Origin: Asterionella formosa
Taxonomy: Eukaryota
Assembly (NCBI GenBank): GCA_002256025.1
Contig: NKIB01000519.1
Coordinates: forward strand, 1 to 32,201
Reading direction: 5' to 3'
DNA length: 32,201 nt
Part shown: positions 1 through 11,443 of the stretch, piece after piece
How positions within the stretch are numbered: the first letter of the stretch is position 1
Layout: each line of letters opens with the position of its first letter
Translations under genes and position numbers: made by a program
The notes under the pieces: model-generated
What the model was told of the DNA's origin: nothing
The model's input: the letters and a program-made list of their open reading frames with translations, nothing else
Database searches by the model: none

Positions 1-671
1 CTTTTGTACCCCTGCCATAAACCTTGTTTGCATCATCAATAGTGACATAGCTTGCAATGTCCATGTCTAACATTGTTGAGTCAACGAGTCGCTCTGCTGT
101 TGGTCACCATGGACTGCACTCACAAAATTGTATGATTTAAAACCTGAGAAGTGATGGCACATACCAAGTTAAGTAGGAAACTTTTGCAAGCTACCAACCT
201 GTGTCAAGAATATTAGCCCGAGTCACAAGGATTGTGGACTCGATTGTAATCGAACGAGTCGAATATTGCATTGCCACGTCAATCAGCTGTCTAACGAGAT
301 CAAAGATTGAAGATTTCTATGGAAATGTTAAGTGGAAACTCGAAGAGAGTCTTAGAACGACTTTGCAGGAAGCAAAGATGCATGGAAAGGAAACATTTAG
401 TTTAGCTTATAATTTAATTTGAGTTTTAGATTATCAACTGAGGAAACAGTGTGTTAATTGACAGCAAGGTCAATTACTATCTAGCAGGAAGGCTAGAAGC
501 AGAGACAAGAGCGTGAAGAGAGACCCTGCCCACGGGAAGAGTACGGACCATTTCAACAAACCTGATCCACCCAAGCAGCAAGGGTCCAAATACTCTTCAT
601 ATAGAAAAGAATAGAATAATATAAACTAAATAATTATATACACGCACTCACGAGTGCTACCCCGGGTACCA

Positions 672-739
672 GAAAGGTCCGGTAGCGCACGTTCTATGCA
701 CACCTTTCAGTTTCGATGCACTCCCAATGGATCGTCTCA
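672..739 (+). mobile_element. Terminal fragment of TIR element family B
   Basis: gaaaggtccggtagcgcacgttctatgcacacctttcagtttcgatgcactcccaatggatcgtctca aligns with the family B termini at 4019, 21758 and (reverse complement) 22983. Confidence 0.8.
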
Positions 740-828
740 AGTTGCGGTAATATTGCTCATTTAAAGATGTAGCTGTCTTTTTCCCAAATCAAATTGTCTA
801 TTTTAGCAAAATGACCTCAACTTGGAGG
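738..828. mobile_element. MITE family A copy (~95 bp), left end clipped
   Basis: caagttgcggtaatattgct...agcaaaatgacctcaacttggagg followed by TA; colinear with the copies at 25060 and 30814. Confidence 0.8.
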
Positions 829-884
829 TACAGTGGCTGATGCTTGCCTTCTAACAGTGCTGCAGTAAAAGGGTATGATGAGGT

Positions 885-972
885 AAGTACATGGTACCAG
901 GGTATCTGGTACTGGTACTAGGGACCAGGTACCGGGGTACGACATCATTGAAGGCCCCGGGCTGGTACTGTA
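885..972. repeat. GGTACC / TACCWGGTA motif cluster
   Basis: Dense ggtacc/ggtact/ccaggtacc motifs upstream of the NUDIX gene. Confidence 0.8.
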
Positions 973-1539
973 CACACACTGGCTTACGTTGTATCTTTGT
1001 GGCTTCCGTCGAGCGTATTTTCATACATACGGCGGCGTTCCCTGGAGTTGTGCAGCAACAGACCAACCAATCGAAAATGCGCATGAGAAGCGCAGAGAGG
1101 AGAGTGAGAATGCTGTGCCTGTTGTGAGTGAGAAACATAAAGCAATAGTAGTCCAATACCAGTAATAAGTGCAGAGCCGAGGGACAAGGTCTTATTGGTG
1201 TTTCAAACCTGTTTTTCATTGTGTTTACGACTTCGTTTCGTCAAAAGCCTTGACCATCATCTTCCATCCAACTGCACAAGTCTCTCTGCTGTGAAGACCG
1301 AGTTGATAAATTGTTTTTGAACCAAACAGCTATCAGTGAGTTTTCTCAGTTAAAAGCAAGCAAAGGACAGACGGGCGGAGTGCCGGTATTACTTCTACGA
1401 GGCCGTCCACGCTAAAAAGGACGAGCAGAAGAATAAGTTTTGCTAATTTATATTCCATTCCGGAGCCTTTTCTGATTTTGACAATCTCCAGACCTTTCCA
1501 TCATTCCTTATTGACCCGCTGAGATCCGGAGTTGCGGCA

Positions 1540-2739
1540 ATGCTCATCATGACGTATACCACCACACCAAGCGAAGCAAAAGACTTATCGAAGACAAGTC
1601 TGACGATCAATGTGGAGACTCCTTCCGCCACGAGAAATGACACCAATTTTTCTGAAGTTGTGAGTCCTATTAGTTCTATCGGGCACTTCAAAGTTCCACC
1701 AAAGTGTGACGATCCTGTTTTCCGAGCAGAGGCTATGTCGAGTGAAGAGCTTTCAAAGCTGGTTTTTTCTCCTGGATATTCTGTCGCAGCCCAAATTGTT
1801 ACAAACCGAACAACGAGCACATCCTCCACTGGGGCTGTTTCTCGCTCGTCATGTTCTTCAATTTCGTCGTATGAGAGCCGTGGTATCCAAGAGGTCAGGA
1901 ACTGCAGGGATCAAGATTGCATGAATATTAACACAAAAGTGCTATCGAGGCAAATTTCACGTCAAGGTCGTGAAACTCAACGGTGGGTGACCGACGAGAA
2001 TACTCATCAAATGATAAGGCTGGTCACTGGTTGTGTCCCCATCTTGAATAATGGAAAGATCCTTTTTATTTCGGCCAGTCGAAAACCAGAGTGGATCTTG
2101 CCAAAGGGTGGCTGGGAAGACGACGAAACAATGGAAGAGAGTGCAATTAGAGAGACGTTCGAGGAAGCAGGCGTGGTTGGAATTCTCGGTCCCAGTCTTG
2201 CCGAAGTTGAATATGAAACCCGCAAGTCAAAGAAGAGGAAAGCAGACCTTGAAGACATGATGAAAAAGAAGGAGCATCTAGAGTCATTCCCCTCGTCTCC
2301 ATGTGACGGTGAAAGTTGTGAAAAATGGCGGAATGAGCACGAATCAGTATCCAACGGCCCTGCTGTCCCTTCACCGCAAGCCTTCTCATTTCTAGAACGA
2401 GGAGCGAAACATGACTCTCATGTTAGCTTTCTAGAGTCAGAACCGATCATCATGTCAGATGATGAAGTTGCTAGAATACGAGAATCTGCGGCGAAAAAGT
2501 CGGACGACGCGTCTTCAGTAGCGTCAACGACAGACACTTCGGGCTATTCTCACGTCAGGATGACTCTATTTCCTCTCTACGTAACTGAAGTTAAAGAGAA
2601 TTGGCCAGAAAGTGGTCGTTTCAGAAAGGCTATAGATATCGATGAAGCAATCAAAATGTTGGAGTCAAGAACAGAGTTTCATGCATTCTTGTTGGAAGTC
2701 AAAAAGAAAGGGCTCCACTTGGTGTCCCAGACACCTTGA
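1540..2739 (+). CDS. NUDIX hydrolase, diphosphoinositol polyphosphate phosphohydrolase (DIPP/NUDT3-like; plant NUDT12/13/17-like)
   Basis: 399-aa intronless ORF with Nudix box GGWEDDETMEESAIRETFEEAGV, preceded by RQGRETQRW...RLVTGCVP...WILPKG and followed by WPE, as in DIPP-type enzymes. Start could be Met1 or Met4. Confidence 0.88.
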   Translation: MLIMTYTTTPSEAKDLSKTSLTINVETPSATRNDTNFSEVVSPISSIGHFKVPPKCDDPVFRAEAMSSEELSKLVFSPGYSVAAQIVTNRTTSTSSTGAVSRSSCSSISSYESRGIQEVRNCRDQDCMNINTKVLSRQISRQGRETQRWVTDENTHQMIRLVTGCVPILNNGKILFISASRKPEWILPKGGWEDDETMEESAIRETFEEAGVVGILGPSLAEVEYETRKSKKRKADLEDMMKKKEHLESFPSSPCDGESCEKWRNEHESVSNGPAVPSPQAFSFLERGAKHDSHVSFLESEPIIMSDDEVARIRESAAKKSDDASSVASTTDTSGYSHVRMTLFPLYVTEVKENWPESGRFRKAIDIDEAIKMLESRTEFHAFLLEVKKKGLHLVSQTP

Positions 2740-3227
2740 GCTATTTTCAACCTAGATTTCCAATCAGAACTACGAAAGATAGAATAAGCAATGCTTCTAA
2801 AAATATCACGAAATACAGAAACGTTTTTTGAGCTATTCGTAGTACATGGTACATTCGTTTTTAACATTGCCCTTTGTATGTAGGGTCGTATGTACATTGT
2901 ACCAGTCTCTCTACAACCTAAAAACCGAGAGTCAACATTTAATCACCCCATCTTTCGACTAAAAAATTATCGAAGTTTCTTACATGATAAAATTCGAACC
3001 AAGTACGAACTTTATGGTACATTATAGAAAGGGGATAGCTATCATGTAATCAGTTCCGAAGCAGAACATACAGCTAAAGAGATCTAAGCCATTTTATGTG
3101 CAAAATTGCCTATCAGTACATACTTGTAATAAATGTACATGAATTTTTTACTAACAAACCGTGTTTTATTTTACTCTATACTTTGGCCAAAAAAGCCCAA
3201 TTTTGGAGACTTCTGGAAAATTGTGCT

Positions 3228-3346
3228 CATTTCCTGAAATTTGCTGACATTTCCTTAAGGTTACTTACGTTTCCTGAAAGTCATAGGCATTTCCTGAAAT
3301 TCATATCAATAACAATTTCCTGAAAGTAATAATCATTTCCTGAAAG
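3228..3346. repeat. Imperfect array of ATTTCCTGAAA motifs
   Basis: About six tttcctgaaa/tttccttaa units spaced ~20-26 bp apart; similar motifs (ttaaggaaat, reverse complement) occur at 23631-23660. Confidence 0.6.
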
Positions 3347-3661
3347 TCTACCTCATGCATATTCTGTGTTCTCCCGTTTTTTTGCCACTGAGAAGTCTGG
3401 CTATCTATTTCGCTGAATCATGCTATGATTTGGCGATGTTCTCTACAAATGATGAAATTTGCACCTGTCCGGCGACACATTGTCCAATTAAAGAATTGAC
3501 CCAGCTTGCAGGAAGTCACACCAAGAGTTCGAAGTTGATGTCCTCCATTTAGGTATATGAAGCATTCAAAATGATGTGGTTGCATATATTGAAGAGACAA
3601 AATAGTCTGTTAAGATTTTAAAGTAGTCTTTTAACAAGAATCTTTTCAGATACCTGTGTAC

Positions 3662-4010
3662 ATAAAAAATTGAAACTCAGTTATGACGCGCTTTAGACCA
3701 TTGAGTTACACATGGTATTTCATAGCACGTCCTGCTGACAGTCCGTGTGCTTGTCTTCCCTAGTTTTGTTAGCGTAGGTGAGTCCCAACCATCTTTCGCG
3801 AAAGGTGAGTGTCTTAGCCTCGGCGTTAGTAGGGGATACTCTGACCGTCTCCTAGGAAGGCGGCACACTGCTTGTAAGGGGGCAACCCACTTTTCCTTGC
3901 ACACCAGGCGAGACCGCGCGGGATGGTGAGGAGTTTGGGAGTCGAACCCAACAATTGCTTCTCAAAAAATTTGCGGGAATCGAGCCAGGCTGACACGATT
4001 TGAAAGTAAG
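3662..4010 (-). mobile_element. tRNA-derived SINE-like element, copy 1 (5' head truncated)
   Basis: ~340 bp colinear with 21966-22334. Minus strand carries B-box GGCTCGATTCCC (3975-3986) and a T-arm hairpin TTGGG-TTCGACT-CCCAA (3935-3951), and has an A/T-rich 3' end. Confidence 0.7.
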
Positions 4011-4018
4011 GAGTACCA

Positions 4019-4400
4019 GGATGGCCCAGTAGCTAGCGCACGTTTTATGCGCAATCATTCAGTTTCGACGCTCTCATCATGCCTGCTGCACGAGATAGGC
4101 TGGCTTTCCATTCCAAACTCTCTTAAGTAGCTAACTTCTACATGGTCAAATTATCAGTCATTAAATCCAAGTTGTGGCTGTTCTGGCCATCGAAATCGAG
4201 TTCGCCTACTACTACTGGTAATTTTATTCAGCAACTGAAAGACGATTTGCTTAAACGGGTCATCAATCAGTAACTTCTAGTCGTTGTCAGCAAATTCTGG
4301 TCGTTGTAAGCAATTTATCATCGTTGTCTGCAAATTCTAGTCGTTGTCAGCAGATTTCTAGTCGTATTCACTAGTTACCAACTGGATCAGTAATCATAAC
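4019..4400 (+). mobile_element. TIR element family B, left arm
   Basis: Colinear with 21758-21960 and 22340-22440; no matching right TIR was seen downstream. Confidence 0.8.
4275..4365 (+). repeat. 20-bp subterminal tandem repeat (TCGTTGTCAGCAAATTCTAG) x ~4.5
   Basis: Read directly; the same unit occurs at 22625-22707. Confidence 0.85.
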
Positions 4401-5045
4401 AAAAGAGTCATTTTGAAATGTCAAGAGACTTTTAATTGATATTATTTTAATAGAGAATCAAACAAAACTTTCTTCGAGCGACCTACAGATTACCATAGTG
4501 TAGAGGGTTGCATACTGTGAAATTGTCAAATCTATTCAAATCACCATCGTTTTGAAAGGTGCAGCAGCACCTATAAAGAACATGAAAAAATGCCATCAGC
4601 GACTTCTCTTTTCGTTGTCAATATGAGTGTTCATAACATAACTCTTTTACAATTGTATGTTTTATTTTGTGCTTAATATATGTACCAAATAGCAAAGCGT
4701 CGTTTTCGTTTTTCATGGAGATTTTCGATTTTTTCGTCATGGTCACGGCTGAGACAACATGATGCAGTTTTCTCCAGTCGGTCACAAAGACTACACTGTA
4801 GTGTTTTGTATATAGAAGCCCATCGAAAATCTGATCTAAATAATTATATACAAGAATCTACAAGGGCTACTTCGGGTTTCATATCATTTTTCAGATATTC
4901 GAGGCATCAGAAAGGATTTACGGGGATGAGCATGAATGCAAGGATGAGGTCGAATACAGTACTTGGTTTTGCTATCTTGTCAATGTTGAAATATGGGCTC
5001 CTGTATGGATACAAGTCACTAATAAGCAAGGAGATTGCAAGATAA

Positions 5046-6030
5046 ATGCCCAAGATTTTTGAGTTGACAAAAGTATGTTTTGAATGTAAGTATTTAGATC
5101 ACAGCAATAGCTTGGACGAAGAAATGTGTGAGTTCCATGATATTGATGATACAGAAAGATTCCAATATTTGGTTCAATCATCTGATTTTGGTCCACAGCT
5201 TGGTGGTTTACTCAGCAAAAGGATTGAGGTCGCTTCAGAAGAGGTCGCTTCAGAAACCAATCATGATAATTGGTTGAGATTATGCAGCCACTTATGAAAA
5301 GTCTCGGAATCCATTCTGTTGGGTTGGGTCAGGTGGAAAGCAGGCAAAAATGTGTCCTAAGAATCATGGTATAAACTATCACTTTTCAGGCTTAACATCA
5401 CGCCATTTTCAAGAATGGATTCCAAGGCCAACAGCAGAACAACTCATTGAAATCAACAATATGAGAAGTGGTATAAGCTATGTTGACTTTGATGCTGCAA
5501 ACAAGATGTATGGAAAGGCAACAAAGGATGTCCTTAAACTGGAGGATCATGGATTTTTCAGATACGCTTTTCTGTATCTATTGATGTTAACTCATTGATA
5601 ATTTCTGTCAAGTACTAGCTAACAACTGGAATTCACATTGCTATAAAATAAAAACAGGACCTTACAGCCAGGGATTAATCAAGATGGACACTGCCTGGAC
5701 AGGAGAAAATCTTTTGCTAAAGACATGATGGATTGCATAATAGTTATGAATCCACAGTTTTCCAAGATTTGTTTGTTTAATCACAGTAAAGGACATTGTC
5801 AAAAGCGACTGGATGGCTTAGATGAGAGCATTTTGAACTAGGAGGAGGGCTTTGGGGGTGTGCAACCATTCTTCATGCATAGCTCAACTATGTTCGCCTG
5901 TGATATTGGTGAATTTGACAATGGAGCACCAACCTTGAGTGAAACCAGGGGATACCAAACATTTTCAATTTCCAGATGCTTCAGAGTCTGCAAGCATAGG
6001 GCCATGGTGGTATGCAAATGATGACACTGC
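5046..6030 (+). pseudogene. Decayed DDE (IS630/Tc1/mariner-like) transposase remnant
   Basis: Interrupted frames give LQPGINQDGH/WTGENL...MMDCIIVMNPQFSKICLFNHSKGHCQKRLDGLDESILN*EEGFGGVQPF, resembling the GYW...LFD(H/N)SxGH region of Tc1/mariner-related transposases. Contains stops, frameshifts and a possible decayed intron at ~5561-5657. Confidence 0.5.
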
Positions 6031-6705
6031 TAGTGCTTGCTTGTTGCTTGCTGTTTTCCATGCTGTCTTCATTTGGTTTTGCTGTACTGTCACTCACATA
6101 CTGCGGCTTCTTTGGCTGTTGCTCTACCAATTGATGAGCATTAGCTGCCCAAAAATGCATCAGCTATGCTTCTTTCGGTTGATTGATTTGATACACCTCC
6201 CTGACTGAGTCAAAAAGTCAGCACGCTCATTTGCAGCTTCTACAACATTCAATGGGGTCCTGGAGATTGTTTACATCAGGGACACAATGGCGTTGACAGC
6301 TCATATTGCTCCAGTCGTTGTCAAAATGATAATATCTATTTTGAAGGTGTGTTGGCATGGCAATTATGTACATTTTTGAATATACTGTTAAATATATTCA
6401 AATGTTTGATTGGATGAGAAGAATGTAGAATTTACGCAATGTCACTCAGACTAAACCATCTGCTATATTTATAACCGGTTCATATGTACTAACTATTACC
6501 GGTAGACTATGATAATACCGGATATGATATGATAAAAGAAAAATCTCTCCTCTTTTACTGGTATGTTCCTTCCACTCTCGTCTGATGTCAGTGGGTGCCC
6601 ATATCATGGCTGAGCACATCATAAAAAAGCATCTTGTGGCGAAAAATCTGCAATATTCATTTTTCACTTAACTTCGACGGTACTCCCTTCTAATTCTATC
6701 TTACA

Positions 6706-7622
6706 ATGTCGACAGAAGCAACCAATTCCAAGCAATGCGTTTGGATTATTCGATATGGCTTGACTAAGCACCCGCTTGTTGAAAACCTTGGTCCTTTTGA
6801 CAGTGAGTTGCTTCAGAGATTCAGTTTGCATTCTCGTCCCTTTTCCGCCCGTCACTCAGTTTTCTCTGTTTTGTTTAGGCGACATTGACCCCACGGAAGG
6901 AGTCGATCATGCAAAATGCATAGCCAGAAAGATTGCCTCTAGCGGGTCGGATGCTCCCAAGGTTGTTTACAGTTCTCCATTCCTGCGGACAGCCCACACA
7001 GCTCAACTCGTTGCGTTGGAAACTGCGAAACCATGTGTCAGAATCGAGGAAGGTAAGTCTATTCATTTTTTACTGACATCGATACATGCATCGAATTTCA
7101 CAAAACTATACTCACTATTCTGTCGAAGGTCTCTGGGAGTGGCTAGTGCCATCACTGTTGGTGGAGCCAAACGGAATCAAAACTGAGCCAAGATCTGCTC
7201 GCGACCTTGCTAGTGTTTATGGCACGATTGATGATAGCTATAAAAGTATCAATCCTGTTGTACCGGATGATGCTGTCGATGCTCCAGAAGGAAGTCCTCA
7301 CTTTATTGAGAGCGAAGAAGCGCTTCTTAGACGATGCGCAACAACAATTCAGAGGATCTTGGATGCATCACACGGTGAAAGCATTGCCATCGTCAGCCAT
7401 GCTCCGTGCGACCAAGCCATTGCCTACTACTTGGAAGGAGCGCCAACAACTGCACAGTCAAAGCTAGGACCTTGGCCTCTCGGTGGTATTACAAAGTTTT
7501 CTCGAGTTGGTAGCGGAATCTGGACAATGGAATTCTACGGCAATACCGATCACATGCCGGGCAAATATAAACCAGGTATCAAGCAATGGTCCCTGCCTTG
7601 TTTAGCGAAGCAGCCTATGTAG
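6706..7622 (+). CDS. Histidine phosphatase / phosphoglycerate mutase-like protein; exons 6706-6802, 6879-7052, 7129-7622
   Basis: Two 76-bp GT-AG introns (6803-6878, 7053-7128) join three ORFs in frame. Motifs VWIIRYG, VYSSPFLRTAHTA, RIEEGLWE and IAIVSHA; the RHG motif reads RYG. Confidence 0.85.
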
Positions 7623-7751
7623 GAATAATTGCTCGTCTCGAGAGGATGTAGGTTTGAGTCGAATATGTCATTTCAAAGTGATGCAAGGCAGTGCAACTGC
7701 AAAAGTAATAATAGCAGTAAGGGGACACTATAACAATATTCTCATTTACTA

Positions 7752-10700
7752 CTACGCATCCAGTCCTGCCAAACTGGCCTTCACCTTTTCCAATTGTTCA
7801 TTGAGTTCTTTCAGTTCACCTCTAGCCGTTTCAACAAGTTCAGGCGGTGCCTTATCGGTGAATCCCTTAGATTCAAGACGCCCTCCAAGCTTTTCGATTT
7901 CCTTCGCCAGCTTTGCGATTTGCTTTTCCAGTCTAGCACGCTCCTTGACGGGATCAATCAAACCAGAAAGTGGCAAGTATGCCTCCACACCATCTTGTAT
8001 CACCAGCTTCACGCTCTTTTCTTCGAGAGCTCCTTGTGCCTCAGGAGATCCAGCTTCATAGATTGCCACTTGGTCAGGATCTAACCTGGCAAGAGATACA
8101 AGCGACTTCAACTCCTTCTCAAGCTCAATGCGAAGTTGGCCACCAGCGACAATGACAGCACTAATTCGCTTTCCTGGCTCGACATTATATTCGGCCCTGG
8201 CATTTCTAATGCTACGAGTGAGAGCCTGGAAGCACTCAAATGTGCTGACAGCTTCAGCATCGGTCACAAGGGGAGTGCCGTCATCCATCTGAGGCCAGTC
8301 AGCCAACATCAACGCATGCGCAGCTTGCTCTTCTGTCGCTGGTGCCCGCGGCAAATGATGCCATAGTTGCTCAGTCACGTAAGGCATATATGGGTGCAAC
8401 AAACGCATACTGATATCGAGCACATAGACCAACACGCGTTGAGCAGCCTTGGTTTCTTCAGCTCCTCCTCCTCCGGCTCCTTCATAAATTCTGGTCTTTG
8501 AAATCTCAACATACCAGTCAGCATACTGGTCCCATAGAAATTCATAGAGCTTGCTTCCGGCCGCTCCAAGCTGGTATCGCTCGAGATCACTCGTAATACT
8601 GGCAGTCAGGGAGTGCAGCTTGGAAACAATATACTTCTCTGGCAAAGATAACGTATCGAACTCTTCTTTTTCAATGGGTCCCGTGACGGCAAGCTCATCC
8701 CAGCTATCATGAGAAAGATCCTTCAAAGCATTGCCAGTAACGAACTTGCAGATATTCCAAAGCTTGTTGGCAAAATTGCAGTTGGCTTCTATTTTCTCCA
8801 TGTTCAAAGGAATATCTTGGCCAGGAGTAACGCCGGTGACAAGCGAGTAGCGTAGACTATCTGCTCCGAATTGAGCAACAGTATCGAGAGGATCAATGAC
8901 GTTTCCCTTTGTCTTGGACATCTTCGTTCCGTCGGCAGCGCGAACAAGACCATGCAAATAGACAGTATGAAAAGGAGCCTTGCCTGTTAATTCCAGACCC
9001 ATCATTGCCATCCTCGCAACCCAAAAGAAAAGTATATCGTATCCAGTTTCCAAACATGCGGCGGGGTAAAAACGAGAGTAATCAGATCCTTCAACGCCTT
9101 CCTCATTTGGCCAGCCGACAGTAGCAAAAGGCCAGAGACCAGAACTGAACCAAGTATCCAGAACATCTTCCTCTTGTCTGAGAACAACGTCAGGGGCATG
9201 ACCAGCTGCAAATGCCTTTTCTCTAGCTTCAGCTTCATTTCGAGCAACGAAGTACTCAGATTCGCCAGTCTCACCAACATACCAGACAGGAATTCGATGG
9301 CCCCACCATAGCTGGCGAGAAACACACCAATCACGAATGTCAGTCAACCAATTATCCCAGATTTTATTGAATCGTTCAGGTACAATCTTGATATCACCAT
9401 TTTCGACTGCTTTTAGCGCTTTGGCACCCATTCCCTCAGTCTTAACAAACCACTGGCTACTGACAAGCGGTTCAATGACTTCGCCTCCACGCTGAGATCT
9501 TGGGACGCGTTGAGTGTGCGGATCAACCTTGATCGTCAATCCATTGGCTTCCATGTCTTCCCAAAGCTTAGTTCTGGCATCAAATCTATCAAGACCATCA
9601 TAATTTCCACAATTGCCGTTAAGGGATCCATCTTTGTTCATGATATTAATGATTGGAAGGCCAAACTTCTTTCCAATGGCATAATCATTAATATCATGCC
9701 CAGGAGTGATTTTGAGAGCTCCTGTACCAAACGACATATCGACATATTCATCTGCAATGACTGGGATTGTTCTTCCTTCACTCATTGGAACAACAACCCG
9801 CTTCCCAACTAGGTGCTTGTATCGCTCATCTTCGGGATGCACGCAAACAGCCGTATCACCACATATAGTCTCGGGCCGAGTCGTTGCTACGGGAAGAAAC
9901 TCTGCATATGGAATATCAGCAAAATTTGTCCAGTCAAAACACGTCAATCAGAACAAGCCAAAAATGCGTACCTTCGCTTCCATCAACCTTGTACTTGAAA
10001 AAGTACAGTTTTCCCACTTCCTCGGAGTATTCCACTTCCAAATCACTCACGGCTGTTTGAAGAAGCGGGGCCCAATTTACCATATACTCTCCACGGTAAA
10101 CTAGCCCTTTGTCATGGAGACGAACAAATGCTTCGGAGACTGCCTCACTCAAATTAGGGTCCATTGTAAATGCCTCACGACTCCAGTCAGCAGATGCACC
10201 CAACGAACGAAGTTGCCTCGTAATATGTCCACCTTGCTCCTCCTTATATTCCCATACCCTTCTCAAGAACTCTTCACGTCCGACCTCTTCGCGCGTGGTT
10301 CCTTCGGTAATTAGAGCCTTTTCCACTTGAAGCTGTGTCGCGATGCCCGCATGATCCGTTCCTTCGAACAATTTAGAAAAGTGAGCTACACAAAGATTTG
10401 GCTTGCGACTATATTGGACCATTTGATTGAAACTTACCTGGCAACCATAGAACAGGCCGTCCACGCATTCGATGAAAACGAGCCAACACGTCTTGAAGTG
10501 CCACAAAAATAGCATGTCCCATGTGAAGGCGGCCAGTTACATTTGGGGGTGGCATGGGCAAGACATAAGGACTCTTTTGACCTTTCCAGGGCTTTTGTTT
10601 GGCATCTGGATCAAAGCACCCCGAATTTTCCCACCAACGGTAGATGTCTGCTTCGAACGAGCTTGGATCGTACTTATCCAGACCCTTTTCTTTGTTAATC

Positions 10701-10936
10701 AAATCGTAGGAAGTGACGGATTCTTTAGAGGTAGTCGAAGCAGCCAAGCTACCCTGAAGCGACCGAATTCCAATTTTCATTCGGTGCGTAGCAGAAATTG
10801 AATGGACAAAAGCAGCGGATTTCGTTGAACATCGGATAGAGAAGGCGCGGACTCCAGTCGACAAGGAAGCCGACAAACAGAGCATCGCTGTAATCTTTCG
10901 ATTCGAGGGTTTCCTCGATGACAACTGACTGGTCAT
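7752..10936 (-). CDS. valS: Valyl-tRNA synthetase, organellar type; exons 10936-10438, 10361-9972, 9901-7752
   Basis: [14 protein letters not shown] (HIGH motif), [51 protein letters not shown] and a C-terminal coiled coil. Introns 10362-10437 (76 bp) and 9902-9971 (70 bp) are GT-AG and restore the frame. N-terminal extension contains VRA-FS. Confidence 0.95.
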
Positions 10937-11139
10937 TTAATAGCAGATGGTTACAACAGTCTGGTATCGCTCTACACTAATGACAGCCTCCCGCGCCTTT
11001 GAGTTGATAAGTGGACTTGCGAGCAAAGCAGACGAGAAGGAGGACATGACAAAATGTGTCGTATGACATCATTCTGAGTTGGGCATCGCTCTCTCACAAA
11101 CTGATGGCTCATCTCGCCTGCCCAACCAATCCTCAGCCA

Positions 11140-11224
11140 TATACGGTACCGGTATACCGATTACGTACGCACCAGGGTGGGGTACCCCTGGTTCCGTACC
11201 TGGAACTAACAGGTACCTGGTACG
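11140..11224. repeat. GGTACC / TACCWGGTA motif cluster
   Basis: ggtaccggtataccg...ggggtacccc...gtacctgg...ggtacctggtac, between the ValRS start and the Gypsy left end. Confidence 0.8.
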
Positions 11225-11443
11225 ATGTGAGCGATCCTGCACAAAATCGATGCAGATATATATAGGGTTAGGGTTATTTCAAATATATCAGAACTCGACT
11301 AATACCTATTGTATTCTTTGATGTCAACTTGGGAAACAAGTTGTACAAAAGATTAATTAGCTCATATATTCAAAAAATACTACTACTTCTAGTTAGATAC
11401 TTCACTTTGCATTCAAAAAGAGTCCAATTAGAAGAAAACAAAC

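Noticed and set aside
200..660. Possible solo LTR
   Set aside because: It has an LTR-like feel (TG start, AT-rich 3' part), but no partner copy, TSD or clear termini are visible in the window.
851..1219. Short ORFs containing YLVP/GTRY/YQVPGT peptides (also near 11056, 17440, 21150, 24854, 25232)
   Set aside because: The shared peptides are translations of the non-coding GGTACC arrays, not a protein family.
4275..4365. 20-bp repeats (also 22625-22707) as a CRISPR-like array
   Set aside because: Units are head-to-tail without unique spacers, lie inside a TIR element, and the context is eukaryotic with no cas genes.
7654..10801. Plus-strand ORFs overlapping ValRS (and similar antisense ORFs over GDH, PI4K and NmrA)
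   Set aside because: They are shadow frames of real genes with no independent motifs.
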